The notes under the pieces: model-generated
What the model saw: the letters and a program-made list of their open reading frames with translations, nothing else
Databases searched by the model: none
What the model was told of the DNA's origin: nothing
Made by a program: the position numbers and the translations under genes
Assembly (NCBI RefSeq): GCF_902652985.1
Contig: NC_047024.1
Coordinates: forward strand, 20,522,001 to 20,586,000
DNA: 64,000 nt
DNA from: Pecten maximus
Taxonomy: Eukaryota
Reading direction: 5' to 3'
Shown: piece by piece, positions 13,046 through 27,486 of the stretch
How positions within the stretch are numbered: the first letter of the stretch is position 1
Layout: the number at the start of each line of letters is the position of its first letter

Positions 13046-15341
13046 TTGCGTTGCAGTATGAGGTTAATTCTGCTGTAATCATTAAAATAACTTGCACCAT
13101 TTCGTAAACTGAGTTAATCAGGTATTTTCCATTGTAAACTCTTCATTTCTGTATATCAAAAATTCTAATTAGCAATTCCATTATAAAAATAACCTCTGTA
13201 GAAGGTAGGGGTTTCGGTACAGACATGTGGCGGGAAAATTGTAAAGCCATCACCAGCACCCACCAGGAGGAACGATATGGCAATTCATTAAAACGGTACG
13301 CCATTAATTAGCTACCACAAGATGTGAATGGATGGAGCTGCCATCCACGCTGTGTGTGTCAGTTAACGGGCCCCTTATTGCACGACCCGACATTTAACCC
13401 CGATATCTGGCGAGTTCACCTCACGGAGAGTTGTTTTCGTGGATCTACGGAAACCTTAAGCAGTAAGATTTGAAAGTAATAAAGTTTCGCGGTCGTTTGG
13501 CTATTCAGCAAAGAAAATAAATCGGGGGATAAACTTGATACAGTGAAAGTTGATTGATTCTCACATCGTCAATTTAGGTAGAAAAGGCATGGCTTGTTTA
13601 TCGGAACAGTTTGAGACAAAATAGCACGTTATAGGATTTGAAAAGATAAGAAATAAACATCATTAACACAAAAACAAACAACAAACACCACATGCTTTTA
13701 ACGCATACTTACAAAAGCAATTTTGACGAAGTGGAATAACGTAAACAATGTGGTTTGGTGATGTAAACAAATATAATTTTAAAAAAAAAGTTGTTTGCTT
13801 ACCGTTGCAAAATAAATCCTAGATAATCAGTAATAAATTGTTTTTGATTTGTCAAGATCTACGGATTTTTTATTCATGTATTGACGGGTTGCCCCAGGTA
13901 TCGTACAGGATAGCTTCATCAACAATGGAAGAATTATGGAGGCGGAGATAGACATATACAACCTGCTGTTATCGTTTTCGGAGTTGCAGTTTTGCATGTT
14001 CAAAACATCACATGCTTCATCTCATTTTTGAAAGAATCTTTTCATCAAGCTGATAAAATATGACAGAAAATAAATCATATAATTGAAAATGTGAGACTAA
14101 ATGTCAAAATTTCGGGCAAATATTAATTCTTCTTCTTGATAACAGCATTATTCAACAAGAAACGCCTGTGTGCCACTCAATTAACGCAGACTAGCAATGC
14201 GAAGTGAATCTCGACAGAACTGTAGATTTTTGTAGAGTTATGTTAGATTTTTTTTTCTTTAATATATTAATGATGAAAATGTACCAGTAAATAACTTGAT
14301 GACGGTGCCATCTGGCTCGCGTCCATACACATGGCCTCGGTTACAGCTAGCTAGGTATCGGCAAAGGATGTATTGCAAGCGAGCTTTGTTTTCCTTATCT
14401 TTCCTTGTGTGTTTTTTTTTCTGTGTTATTTAGTGACCTTGACATGACAAGTCAAAAACACCTGTCATTGCTGAGTAACGATACACAGACATGCCACACG
14501 GAGGAAGAGGAGGAGGAGGAGGAGTTACACTATATATATAGATCATGATCTATGTTACTCGTGCATTCAAAATGAAACCTGTCAAAAGTGCATGTCAGTT
14601 TATGAGTACATATACAGTTCTTATGAACGCCATCAGGTCAAAATATCATCAACATCCATGAACCTAAGGGAATTCTTCAACTTATAAATTTTCAGCATGT
14701 AATCATTTTTTGAATTTCAGTGAAACATCTTATAGTTAAAGAACTTTTTTTCTTAAATTCTGTAAAGATTTTTTGGGGACATTTTTCAGGTTGAAACTAG
14801 GGTCATAGTAAATATAACTGGTATACATTGATTCGGGATCATTTGTTATCGAAATAACACTTCATATTATCCCAGTGATATTTACGAATGATGGCGATTC
14901 TTGATTTTTGTCAACAGGTGAAGTTTAAATTGTCTTTTCCTGTTTTTACTTACAGAAAAAAAAAACTTACTTGATATCTGTTTTAAACTGCTTGACTGAG
15001 ATAGATTAAGTTCAACCCAATTAGTTTTTCACTTTTACCTTTTTTCCCCCAGTAATTCAGATATAATTGACATTTCGAGAAAAAATGCGCGCTGAAGAAC
15101 AACAAAAAAACTTTTATTTTTTTAACGTAACTGCGTGCAGAAATTTACATAATACATTTTGCGTGTGGTCCGTTTGGTAGGTATGCTATAAATAGCATCA
15201 AAGCATTCGATTCTTAATTGAATTTCAAGGGGAAATATTCATAAAGTAAATAACAATTATTTCCTACAAAAACTGATGCTGCGCATTTTTGTGACAGTTA
15301 CTATTCAAGTAGAACTAATCATAAAGCCTGCAGACGAAAGA

Positions 15342-15381
15342 GGAGGAGGAGGAGGAGGAGGAGGAGGAGGAGGAGGAGGAG
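15342..15381. repeat. (GAG)n microsatellite
   Basis: About 13 perfect units. Confidence 0.9.
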
Positions 15382-18300
15382 AAATGAGTTAATAGCAGGC
15401 ATAGAAAGAAAGATGGAGAAAATCAAGGTTGTAACACAAACAAACTCTATGTTATGATTTTAAAAGGATTGTCAGGTTAACGGCATTACGAAAAGACAAC
15501 TGCTCCGGGGATATTTTTAACATATCTGAGAATGTCCCTTACAGAAACCGAAGATAGAGTCCGGTATTTAATCAACATGGCTAGAAGTCGACGAAGCAGT
15601 TTTATCTGAATCCCTCACAACATAATAATAGTATTGTCTTACTTGAAATGTCAAAGCAAACGAAAACGCTTTAGAAGCTTATTTGGTCCCATACAATTAA
15701 TTCTAGTGTCGTGGTAAAACTTCAAAAGTCGCTTACCAAATCATGTACCTTAGATTCTAAATCTTTTGAATATAACATCTTTGAGTGTTTTCTCCAACTT
15801 TACCAATTTACACAACGCCTTAGAAGTGAGAAACATTGCTTGTTGAGACCGGATCTTTATGGGATAAAAGCGCGCCTCTGCAAGCTCTTACTTTCAACAC
15901 AATTCCGTGAATGGCTTTAAAATAGTTTTGGAAGATTATCCTTTTCAGTTGCTCCTTGTGCCTCAACATCAGAAGGGGACTTCAGAATCACGTGTTATCT
16001 CCAAGGGTCGTTTATTTAGGGAGCTGCTGACCTTTTTACTTACACTATCGTCCAAGGGTTCGCTTCGCAAAGTTCACCAAAGGTTGTTTTTTTTTGTTTT
16101 TTTTTTTAATTTGTGTTTATTTGTTTACGAGAGAGTGAGTTTTGGGGCATAATATTGAAGGTATCACACATACCTTCGGTCTTTTTATGTTTTTTGTTGT
16201 TTTTTTTATGTTCACAGTTAATTCTTGATAAAATTACAAAAATCGGCAGCTGTCTGTCGGTTCGGCAACTTAATGAACATAAATTCTTAGTTTAAAAATA
16301 ACGAATAAGAAAATTCAAACCGTCACTATAATAACAACTGAAGTATGTTGTTGAGTCTGCTAATTGGTTGAAATCTGAGTAATTGAGAAAATTATCTGAG
16401 AAGCTAGATACCCCCTCTCCATACAAGTACGATGTAATTAGGGTGTACTTTTATCTCGATCGTAAAAAAGGTCAAAAAAACGTAAAACAACAGATCTGAA
16501 TGTTGAACAGAAAGCTCGTCTGTCAATCTCAGAGTTAGCTGAAGAATTTTGTTGAATTATCTTTAAGTGATGGTTTACCTACAAGGTAGATATCAGCTTT
16601 ACTTGTGAGTTATTTATAGAATTTTAGTGTTAAGATTAATTTCATTTACCAGCATTGCAAGAAATTGAATCTTTGGGTTTAGTTGTCAATCAAATAAGCA
16701 CAGGGGTCTGACACCTACGAAATATGAAGGTACAGTGTATTTAATATTCTATACTTAAAACAGAAAATGTACTGCAACAAGTCGCATATATCCGACTCAT
16801 GAGAGAAAAAATGGTACTTTATGGGGTCACTTCACATTAGTCGCCTCACAGTTACAAATAATTTAGTTCCAAAGTTATGCGCCAAAGTAATACAGTCGTC
16901 ACGAAAACCAATAAAGTTAATTTGCCAGTAGTTCAAAGGAAGAAGAAATAAAATATTCCATTTTTCACCGCTTTCCACAAGCTGACAGGTTTGAGCGTAA
17001 CGGTTACATAAGACTCCTAGCTGTTATGATTTATAACTACGTCAGGTATATACCTAGATACGCTGATGGGAAATTCTTCTCCAGACATTCTCTGTCGGGA
17101 CACTAAACGTCTGTCGGTAGATCTCGACACGATAGTCCCGTAAAGTACCGGTTTGTGTACGTACATGCAATTTTCTGGTAATAGAGTCTGCCATCTTTAA
17201 TTTGAAGGTCAGCTCACGTTGTTGATATCGATTGCACTTCCGGCGTGTCCTTTACACCGCGAATGGTGTTATATCTGCCTTTTGGGATTCTGCACGCGCT
17301 GGCACAGATTAAAATAACTTAATCATGCCGTGAATTAAACCATTTTATTTTCTATAAATATTGCCTGTACAATCTAATTACATGAACATTATCCTAGCTT
17401 AGATCTTTCCCCGTGTTATGAGAAATATCTATATGTATCAGTAACGTTCTCGTGCAGATAATTTCAATTCAAAAGACGATATTTCTATTTCTAGAGGATG
17501 CATATAGATAAATAAATAATGAACATATCATAAATTAATAAACAAATGAATAAATAAGCAAATCAAAAAGTTTCCTTATTTTCGCTCATAAGAGTGTTGG
17601 CCTGTTTCTTCAATTTATAAATCGAAAAAGGCTGTTTGTCAAAATTGGAACGATTTAATAATTTATATTTGTATGTTTGTATTTAACAGTCTTTTCAGGG
17701 CCGACACAATGGCCCTTAATAGCCACAATAATGAATAGCTATAGCTATAATTAGGAGACTTTCTGTGAAGGAGGGTGCAAACCAAACTATTGCTGCCGGA
17801 TCTTTTTTTTCTACCAAACACAATAGACCAATTTCGGATACAAAATAAACAATGTGTTTAAATCAAAGTTACTGAACTGTCCAGTTTACGGTGTTTATTT
17901 CAATGTTGATGTTGCAAAACTCTACCGTTATAGAAAGAATGCATATGTCAATTACACATAAACTGGACAGTGAAACACTTATGTTTTAAATACTATGACA
18001 TTCAGGTCATCTGAACCCCACCCTTAATGATAGACAGTGCTCCCAAAAACCAGTACCGAAGTGCGTGCACTATTGGTGTTACGCAATACTAAAGAGTTCT
18101 TCTTGTTTTCTTTTTTCTTTAAAGAAAAGTAATGACTGCTATCAGAACGACTGTTTTGGGCGGGCTGTTTCTGAATCTAATTCATTATTTTGCTAAATTT
18201 TCTTGTAGAAGAAATTGTAATTTTAGAGTTGTATGCTTGTTTTTGGCTTCAGGGTTATGTGTAACATATGTTCCGGTGAGGAGAACGGCTTTTTACATCT

Positions 18301-18889
18301 GTATGGATCACGTTTGGAGGTCTGATGGTTGCCTGAACTCAAATGTTAGATAAACAGATTCGTTGATCATATAATTAAGGAGCCAAATGTACCAGACAAG
18401 TTAAACATTGTTGTAAGCTTAAGATTTCATTACGATTTACAACGAATGGAGGCAATTGGCAATTATTTCGACCTTACAATTCCATGTGCTATGACTACAT
18501 ATACTATAATCACGTGACTTTGATTACTGTATAAATGAGAGAATTGACATTTCGCTTCAAACAGCATTGCCCAGGACCTGTTAGACTCATCGACATAATA
18601 AAGTGATGTAAAATACAGAGTGCTGTAAAATTTCATGACTGATGAAATCTAACAGCAGAATGCAAGTGCGCAAATTAAATGACATTGTTCCAAATGTCAT
18701 GTCGTCCTGAACTTCCGTTGTTTACATACTCCCGGATTTCGTTCAGAACACTTAAGGTCTTACAACATAATAATCAGACGGGTTAACACAACTTCGTAAA
18801 TACTTCTTTCCGAATTCTCTGTTTACATAATATTTTATTATCCTTTTGAACCAATAAATACTGTTCAAACGAACATAATAATCAAAATC

Positions 18890-19345
18890 ACTCACTAGTT
18901 CGCTCGCTCACTCACTGCCAACCTCCCTCCCTCACTGCCTCCATCCCTCACTCACTGCCTTCCTCCCCCCATCCCTCCCTCCCTCACTGCCAACCTCCCT
19001 CCATGCCCCCTCCCTACCTCCCTCAATCCCTCCATCTCTCCCTTCCTCCCTCACTCACTGCCTACCTCCATCCCTCACTCACTGCCTACCCCCTCCATCC
19101 CTCCATCACTCAGTCGCCAACCTCCCTCCATCTCTCAATTCCTCCCTCACTGCCTACCTCCCTCCATCCCTCCCTCCCTCACTGCCAACCTCCCTCCCTC
19201 ACTCCCTCCTCCCTGCCTAACTCCCTCCCTCCCTCCCTGCCTACCTTCATCCATCCCTCACTGCCTACCTCCCTCTATCCCTCCCTCAGTCACCGCCAAC
19301 CTCCCTCCATCCCTCCCTCCCTGCCTACCTCCTTCCATCCCTCAC
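18890..19345. repeat. C/T-rich low-complexity tract (ccctccct / cactgcc units)
   Basis: Strong pyrimidine skew on the plus strand. Confidence 0.9.
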
Positions 19346-20318
19346 ACACTCGTATTTCATATGACATTGTAAGAAATCAAGCAAGTGTCCATTTCACTTT
19401 AACATTTTTGCATCCGGTCGCCAATTATCATTAAATGACCTCATATAAGATGTATAAATAGATTACAGTCGACAGGAATTTCAAGCATCCCTCAGAATAA
19501 ACTTAGATCTGTTGAAATTTTGTTTTCAAACACTAATCTTTGTAATGCAAGCATATGTAATACTAATTAGCTCATTAACTGTGGATGTCAGGGCATGTTT
19601 GTGGTTAATGAATAGTTTATATGTAATCGGAGATGCATGCAGTCTTTGTTCTATAAAGCATTAAATATATACATAATTTCGTCTGATGCATGAACAGAAC
19701 ACGCCAGATGCACGATGACTGTCGAATGAACGATTGCAACTTCCGGTAAGCACTTCCGGTACAGGAGTAGCGGTAGAATTTATCGCTTGTTGTAAAACTA
19801 CACAATTTGTTTGTCGTCTGCTTCTTATCTGACAAATAGGTAAACATAATGTTTGACCATGTATCTAAAAAAATCTTGTACTTGCATTTATAACTCAATT
19901 CCATATTGATGCCAATTGAATGGGCGCGGACACTTTGTCTGTTCGTCCATAAAATATCTCTTTCCTTCGTAATCTTTTTGATAAAGTCGTATTTTGTTAT
20001 TGATCGTTAGTCTTAGTTACGTAAGTAAGTAGTTAGGCATTTTTAAATGCCAATGGGCACTTCCGGTAAATAAAGAAATCCTGTTGTAGCGCGCTTTTGC
20101 ATATTTACACTTACTGCGGGAGGAAACCGGACAAATCAAAGCGAGGCTGATTTCATCAAAAATCATATTGAAACCGGAACTTAAACCTCGCAAAGTCTCC
20201 TAATATCATCCTTAAGATAAACAATGTGTTACCTTACTGTAAGAATGAAGAACACGTATATTGGATTTGTCGATCGGCTAAACACTAGAGAATAGAATCA
20301 AAAAGACACTACAGACTC

Positions 20319-23300
20319 TTCTACACCAGACACTTCTACACCAGACACTTTACACCAGACACTTCTATACCAGACACTTCTACACTAGACACTTCTACAC
20401 CAGACACTTCTACACCAGACACTTCTACACCAGACACGTCTACACCAGACTACACCAGACACTTCTACACCAGACACTTCTACACCAGACACTTCTACAC
20501 CAGACACTTCTACACCAGACTACACCAGACACTTCTACACCAGACACTTCTACACCAGACACTTCTACACCAGACTCTACACCAGACACTTCTACACCAG
20601 ACTCTACACCAGACACTTCTACACCAGACACTTCTACACCAGACACTTCTACACCAGACACTTCTACACCAGACACTTCTACACCAGACACTTCTACACC
20701 AGACACTTCTACACCAGACACTTCTACACCAGACACTTCTATACCAGACTCTACACCAGACACTTCTACACCAGACACTTCTACACCAGACACTTCTACA
20801 CCAGACACTTCTACACCAGACACTTCTACACCAGACACTTCTACACCAGACACTTCTACACCAGACACTTCTACACCAGACTCTACACCAGACACTTCTA
20901 CACCAGACACTTCTACACCAGACACTTCTACACCAGACACTTCTACACCAGACACTTCTACACCAGACACTTCTACACCACACCAGACACTTCTACACCA
21001 GACACTTCTACACCAGACACTTCTACACCAGACACTTCTACACCAGACACTTCTACACCAGACACTTCTACACCAGACACTTCTACACCAGACACTTCTA
21101 CACCAGACACTTCTACACCAGACACTTCTACACCAGACACTTCTACACCAGACACTTCTACACCAGACACTTCTACACCAGACACTTCTACACCAGACAC
21201 TTCTACAACTACAGACACTCTACACCAGACACTTCTACACCAGACACTTCTACACCAGACACTTCTACACCAGACACTTCTACACCAGACACTTCTACAC
21301 CAGACACTTCTACACCAGACACTTCTACACCAGACACTTCTACACCAGACACTTCTACACCAGACTCTACACCAGACACTTCTACACCAGACACTTCTAC
21401 ACCAGACACTTCTACACCAGACTCTACACCAGACACTTCTACACCAGACACTTCTACACCAGACACTTCTACACCAGACACTTCTATACCAGACACTTCT
21501 ACACCAGACACTTCTACACCAGACACTTCTACACCAGACACTTCTACACCAGACACTTCTACACCAGACACTTCTACACCAGACACTTCTACACCAGACA
21601 TGTCTACACCAGACACTTCTACACCAGACACTTCTACACCAGACACTTCTATACCAGACTCTACACCAGACACTTCTATACCAGACACTTCTACACCAGA
21701 CACTTCTATACCAGACTCTACACCAGACACTTCTACACCAGACACTTCTACACCAGACACTTCTACACCAGACACTTCTACACCAGACTCTACACCAGAC
21801 ACTTCTACACCAGACACTTCTACACCAGACACTTCTACACCAGACTCTACACCAGACACTTCTACACCAGACACTTCTACACCAGACACTTCTACACCAG
21901 ACACTTCTACACCAGACACTTCTACACCAGACACTTCTACACCAGACACTTCTACACCAGACACTTCTACACCAGACACTTCTATACCAGACACTTCTAC
22001 ACCAGACTCTACACCAGACACTTCTACACCAGACTCTACACCAGACACTTCTACACCAGACACTTCTACACCAGACTACACCAGACACTTCTACACCAGA
22101 CACTTCTACACCAGACACTTCTATACCAGACACTTCTACACCAGACACTCTACTACACCAGACACTTCTACACCAGACTCTACACCAGACACTTCTATAC
22201 CAGACACTTCTACACCAGACACTTCTACACCAGACACTTCTATACCAGACACTTCTACACCAGACACTTCTACACCAGACTCTACACCAGACACTTCTAC
22301 ACCAGACACTTCTACACCAGACACTTCTATACCAGACACTTCTACACCAGACACTTCTACACCAGACACTTCTACACCAGACACTTCTACACCAGACACT
22401 TCTACACCAGACACTTCTACACCAGACACTTCTACACCAGACTCTACACCAGACACTTCTACACCAGACACTTCTACACCAGACTACACCAGACACTTCT
22501 ACACCAGACACTTCTACACCAGACACTTCTACACACGACTCGTCTACACCAGACACTTCTATACCAGACACTTCTACACCAGACACTTCTACACCAGACT
22601 CTACACCAGACACTTCTACACCAGACACTTCTACACCAGACACTTCTACACCAGACACTTCTACACCAGACACTTCTATACCAGACACTTCTACACCAGA
22701 CACGTCTACACCAGACTCTACACCAGACACTTCTACACCAGACTCTACACCAGACACTTCTACACCAGACACTTCTACACCAGACACTTCTACACCAGAC
22801 ACTTCTACACCAGACACTTCTACACCAGACACTTCTACACCAGACACTTCTACACCAGACACTTCTACACCAGACACTTCTACACCAGACACTTCTACAC
22901 CAGACACTTCTACACCAGACACTTCTACACCAGACACTTCTACACCAGACTCTACACCAGACACTTCTACACCAGACTCTACACCAGACACTTCTACACC
23001 AGACTCTACACCAGACACTTCTACACCAGACACTTCTACACCAGACTCTACACCAGACACTTCTACACCAGACACTTCTACACCAGACTCTACACCAGAC
23101 ACTTCTACACCAGACACTTCTACACCAGACACTTCTACACCAGACACTTCTACACCAGACACTTCTATACCAGACACTTCTACACCAGACACGTCTACAC
23201 CAGACTCTACACCAGACACTTCTATACCAGACACTTCTACACCAGACACTTCTACACCAGACTCTACACCAGACACTTCTACACCAGACTCTACACCAGA

Positions 23301-23421
23301 CACTTCTACACCAGACACTTCTATACCAGACACTTCTACACCAGACACTTCTACACCAGACACTTCTACACACGACTCGTCTACACCAGACACTTCTACA
23401 CACGACTCGTCTACACCAGAC
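20319..23421. repeat. 15-bp minisatellite (acaccagacacttct), ~3.1 kb, ~200 copies, with 12- and 10-bp deletion variants
   Basis: Direct tandem periodicity; source of the VSGVE/WCRSV/TPDTS ORFs. Confidence 0.98.
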
Positions 23422-23729
23422 CCTTGCCTCTGTCTTTGCTTACAGCGTAACCAACAGGGATAGGTTATTATTAATTCCGAAATAAAGGTGGTGATTTCCG
23501 TAACCCAATTGTTAAGTTTCCATTTCTATGTAATAAAGCGTTTCGGAAAGGAGTGTGTGTTTGTATCTTTGCATGACCTTTCAAACAAGGTCTATTGAAA
23601 CATGTACTGTGATATATCGCGTGTATTTTCTCAACTCTTGAAAAGGTCATTTTTTACGAAAAGAATTGTATTTAGGTGAATTTCAAGGAAAGAAGCTTTG
23701 TTTTAATTTGGTGAATTTTGAGGATTGGT

Positions 23730-24145
23730 AAATGTTGCTGTGTTGTTGATCACAGGGACAGAGTATAAATCCCCTGTGTTGTTGACCACAAACTTGACAC
23801 CAAGCCCCTGTGTTATTGACCACAGAAACTTGTCACTAAACTCATGTGTTATTCGAACACAGGGACTCGACACAAAGACTCCTGTATTGTTGACCACGGA
23901 GATTAGCACCAGGCCCCTGTGTTGTTGATCACAACGGCTGACACCAGACCCCTGTGTTGTTGATCACAACGACTGACACCAGACCCCTGTGTTGTTGACC
24001 ACAATGACAGACACCAGACCCCTGTGTTGTTGGCCACAGACACTTGGCACCAGACCCCTGTGTTGTTGGCCACAGACATAGACACCAAGCCCCTGTGTTA
24101 TTGGCCACAGAACTAGACACCAAACCCCTGTGTTATTGACTACAT
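23730..24145. repeat. Degenerate ~35-bp tandem repeat (gacaccagacccctgtgttgttgaccaca...), ~11 copies
   Basis: Direct tandem periodicity. Confidence 0.9.
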
Positions 24146-27100
24146 GAGGCGAGTATGGCATTTAAAATGTACCGCAACCGGTTTTAATCGCCCTGTTTGT
24201 AGGATGTTCCTTGTGTCGGTTCTCACGACCCAGATTGTTACTAATACCAGCTACTTCAGTTATTGTTCAGAAAACTGTTTATATAAGTCATGATATCTTG
24301 GCAAAAATTCATATGATCTAGAAATCGGTCGCTAGTATGTCTAGCCTGCCAGAAAAACATACAAAACGCGACTATACAGTCACAATGAACACCTATGGAA
24401 ACCTTGGTATCTCGAATTAATGTGACGTCATTTTGTTATCTCGATGTTTCTTCTGTGTCTTAGTTAAAACGGACATGCCAGAAACAGGAAAACTTTGTTA
24501 TTTGGATATCATTGCTAAGAAAGAAAGAAAGAAAGAAAGAAAGATGTTCACTATCTTTTTCCAGTCTTGTTTCATTCACTTGTGAAGCTTGATCGTAGTA
24601 AGATACACAACGGTTTCGGCATTATTACCTCAAATTTGATTATTAATGAAACACATAATTACATGTAGCTCGAAAATATATTAAAATTACCTTAATTTAG
24701 CCATAATTTCCGTCTATCCATCAAGGACATCAAATTAAGACGCACTTCGTGTTTCTGACTAATAAGTTTCATGATGGCGTAAATAATATTTAAATTATAT
24801 CGTGACCGAGACGTCACCAAAACAAGACATTTAATCACAGGGATTTGATAATTTACACAGCTCTATCCTCGACATATCCTAACTGTATATCCAAATAGAT
24901 TTAGGTGTTAAGGGGGTACGCGAGGTGGCTAGATTAACATAATCCGTAAAAATTACTCCCCTCAATGACACACTGGTATCATATTGTAGTACTTTTCGGT
25001 TATTATTGAGGGTTGTCAATTTTTCCGAACCCTACAAACGTCTTTGGAATTATATAGTACACGGAGGTATGTGTAGCAAGTTTTCATGTCCCTTTGTATT
25101 CAAAAACATTCGACGAGTTACCATGTGAAGGTACATATATTTCAGAGATCAAAAGCGATTACAAAACACACTATCACATTGAATACCTATGTCTAAGAAA
25201 TGAAAAACAGATATCATTATAAAATATTACATTTACTTTACTTCAAGATGATCATTTCACAGTTACCAATATATCTCGATAGCCTGGTTTTTTGTTTTTT
25301 TTTTCAATTTTTCTGATGTAAGTGAGATAAGTATGTAAAAACGCGAGAGTGACTTTACGAGAGTTCGAGATACCGAAATACGCACGTGAATCAGTTCTAC
25401 AGAAGTAGGTCTCTACGTACATTAATATACACATGACGGATTAATTAATCCACTTACGTAAAGTTGCAATCTTCTCGTGGCATGAATGACAATACATTGT
25501 ATACACAGAATCACAGGGACGTGGCACGAACTCCAAACTCATGGCCCATATAGATACATAACGCATATATATGGACCGAGGGGTGTAAGTTAATGCCAAG
25601 TCCCTGTGCAAAGAACGTTCCGACAAGGGAAAGCTGTGAGAAAGCTATTTATTTTAAATTGTCACTGCATCTAAGCATAATTTTCAGCTTTGTTTTTAAA
25701 TTTTGTTTGTAAATCTAATTCCTAGAAGATTTAACACAAAACAACGATATATACTGCCCAGAGTATCAGAGCATGATACCCTTTTCAAATGTTTATCGCG
25801 TGGTAGGTATATCTCAATATTTTCAAAAAAAAAAGTTAAAATGTATGATACTGCTTTAGAAGAAGTTTGTTTAAGAAAGAATCAATATAAAGGCTATGTC
25901 GGTATTGGTTTTAAAATACATTATATTTACTTTTACATGAAATGAAATTAAATAACCCATCTGAGTCTTAGTATTACTTGCATACATGGGGAAATATGTA
26001 TGAGCATGCCAAACTGCATTTACACAAAGCAAAAACATCTTCAACTTAAACCTTTGGCAATGAAATGTTTTATTTATGAAACTCGACATTTTAATTATTC
26101 ACGATCCTTCATATTTTGGCACTTTGCAATTCCGCATGATTTTATGAGCCTTAAGTTCCCGTGCGTCCTGGTGGGAAAACTTCATTATCTTATCTCAAAA
26201 ACGGATTTTATTTCGTTTTTATTTGAAACATGTCTCGTTGCTTTTGGGATATTTCAATTCTCGAAGCAAATAAAACAATAAAATCATGATCAAAACCTTC
26301 TCAACAATATAGTATATAAACATACATCACGTTGTATCGCCACCCCCTTTATACCGCCAAAGTCGGCACGCGCCAAAAACTGGCGGTATAACGGGGGTTA
26401 CTGTGCTACAATTACAACCCAATACATCTGACACAGATTTTTATGTCAGATGTAAGAGGTGCTCTGCATGAATCGTTGTCGATGATTTTTTTTAGTTATC
26501 TTGGGTAAAGCAATCTTTAAACTTTCAAAAGTGCTTCCTAAATGAAAAGTATTTGTTTTGGATTGCAGTTCAAGTGTAAAAGTCAAGGTCAAGGTCTCTG
26601 TTGCTATAACTTTTTTGAAAAATCTGTTTTCATGCTTTAACTGTGCTTTCTTGCAGTAAATGCATGCTTTGGAGATTTATACAAGGATAACACGTAAAAA
26701 ATTTTTTAATAATGTCAAAATGCAGTAGTATGTCAGTTTAAATAGAAAATGGAAAATAGGTTTACTTCTAAAGGACAGAGGTACCTTGTCATCCCAGTTG
26801 TTGGAATTCACAAAAGCTATCATAACTTTATTGTACTTAATCATCTAAATGCCCGATTTGGTTTCAATGACCGTCTCTGTAAGCTCAAGAGGAGAACATG
26901 GTGCCGTCAGATATAGAATAGACATTCCATTATACCGACACAGGTCAGACAACTGTTAACATCATACTAATCCGGATTTTGAAAGTCCACAAAAAATGAT
27001 TTCCACATGCAACCTTCAATCGTGCAACCTTATGACAACCTCACTAATACGGATTCCGATAGACCAGATAATCCCAGTTTCGTTAATCCGGCCTCCCGCA

Positions 27101-27428
27101 GCGCACACAATAATATCTAATCTTGTTAATTTGGAATTCGGTTCCCCGGACAACTCACCTTCCGGAAGTTATTTTAATCGATATCTCATTGCCACTAAAA
27201 TTAATCCAGAACACAGGGATTTGGAACGAAATTCTAACCCGTGGTTCATACTTATATATGTATTATAGTATCTTTATGGGACCGTGGGTTATGAATTCGT
27301 GTCCAGTCCCTGTGAGCCGGAAAACTTGATGTTCAAAGCCTGTAGCATCATCAGCTTAATCTTGCGGGATAATTAACATTATCGTCAGATCATAATTCAA
27401 ATAACGAACTTAATTGCAAATCACTTAC

Positions 27429-27486
27429 CTGTTTTTCCAACGCCCTCCTTTCCTAGTACGAGGATATTTACAGAGTTCCCTTTCAT
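27429..27486 (-). CDS. First coding exon of a Ras-family small GTPase, RERG/RASL11/RASL12-like (MKGNSVNILVLGKEGVGKT)
   Basis: ATG, hydrophobic beta-1 strand, P-loop GxxGVGKT, perfect donor CAG|gtaagt in phase 1 straight after GKT, as in RERG-type genes; downstream exons not found in the window. Confidence 0.75.

Noticed and set aside
19003-19434. 143-aa Pro/Ser/Leu-rich ORF
   Set aside because: Low-complexity C/T tract
20440-23450. Long ORFs up to 806 aa (VSGVE / WCRSV / TPDTS / YTRHF repeats)
   Set aside because: Translations of a 15-bp satellite; open in several frames on both strands, with frame switches at unit deletions and no splice or start context
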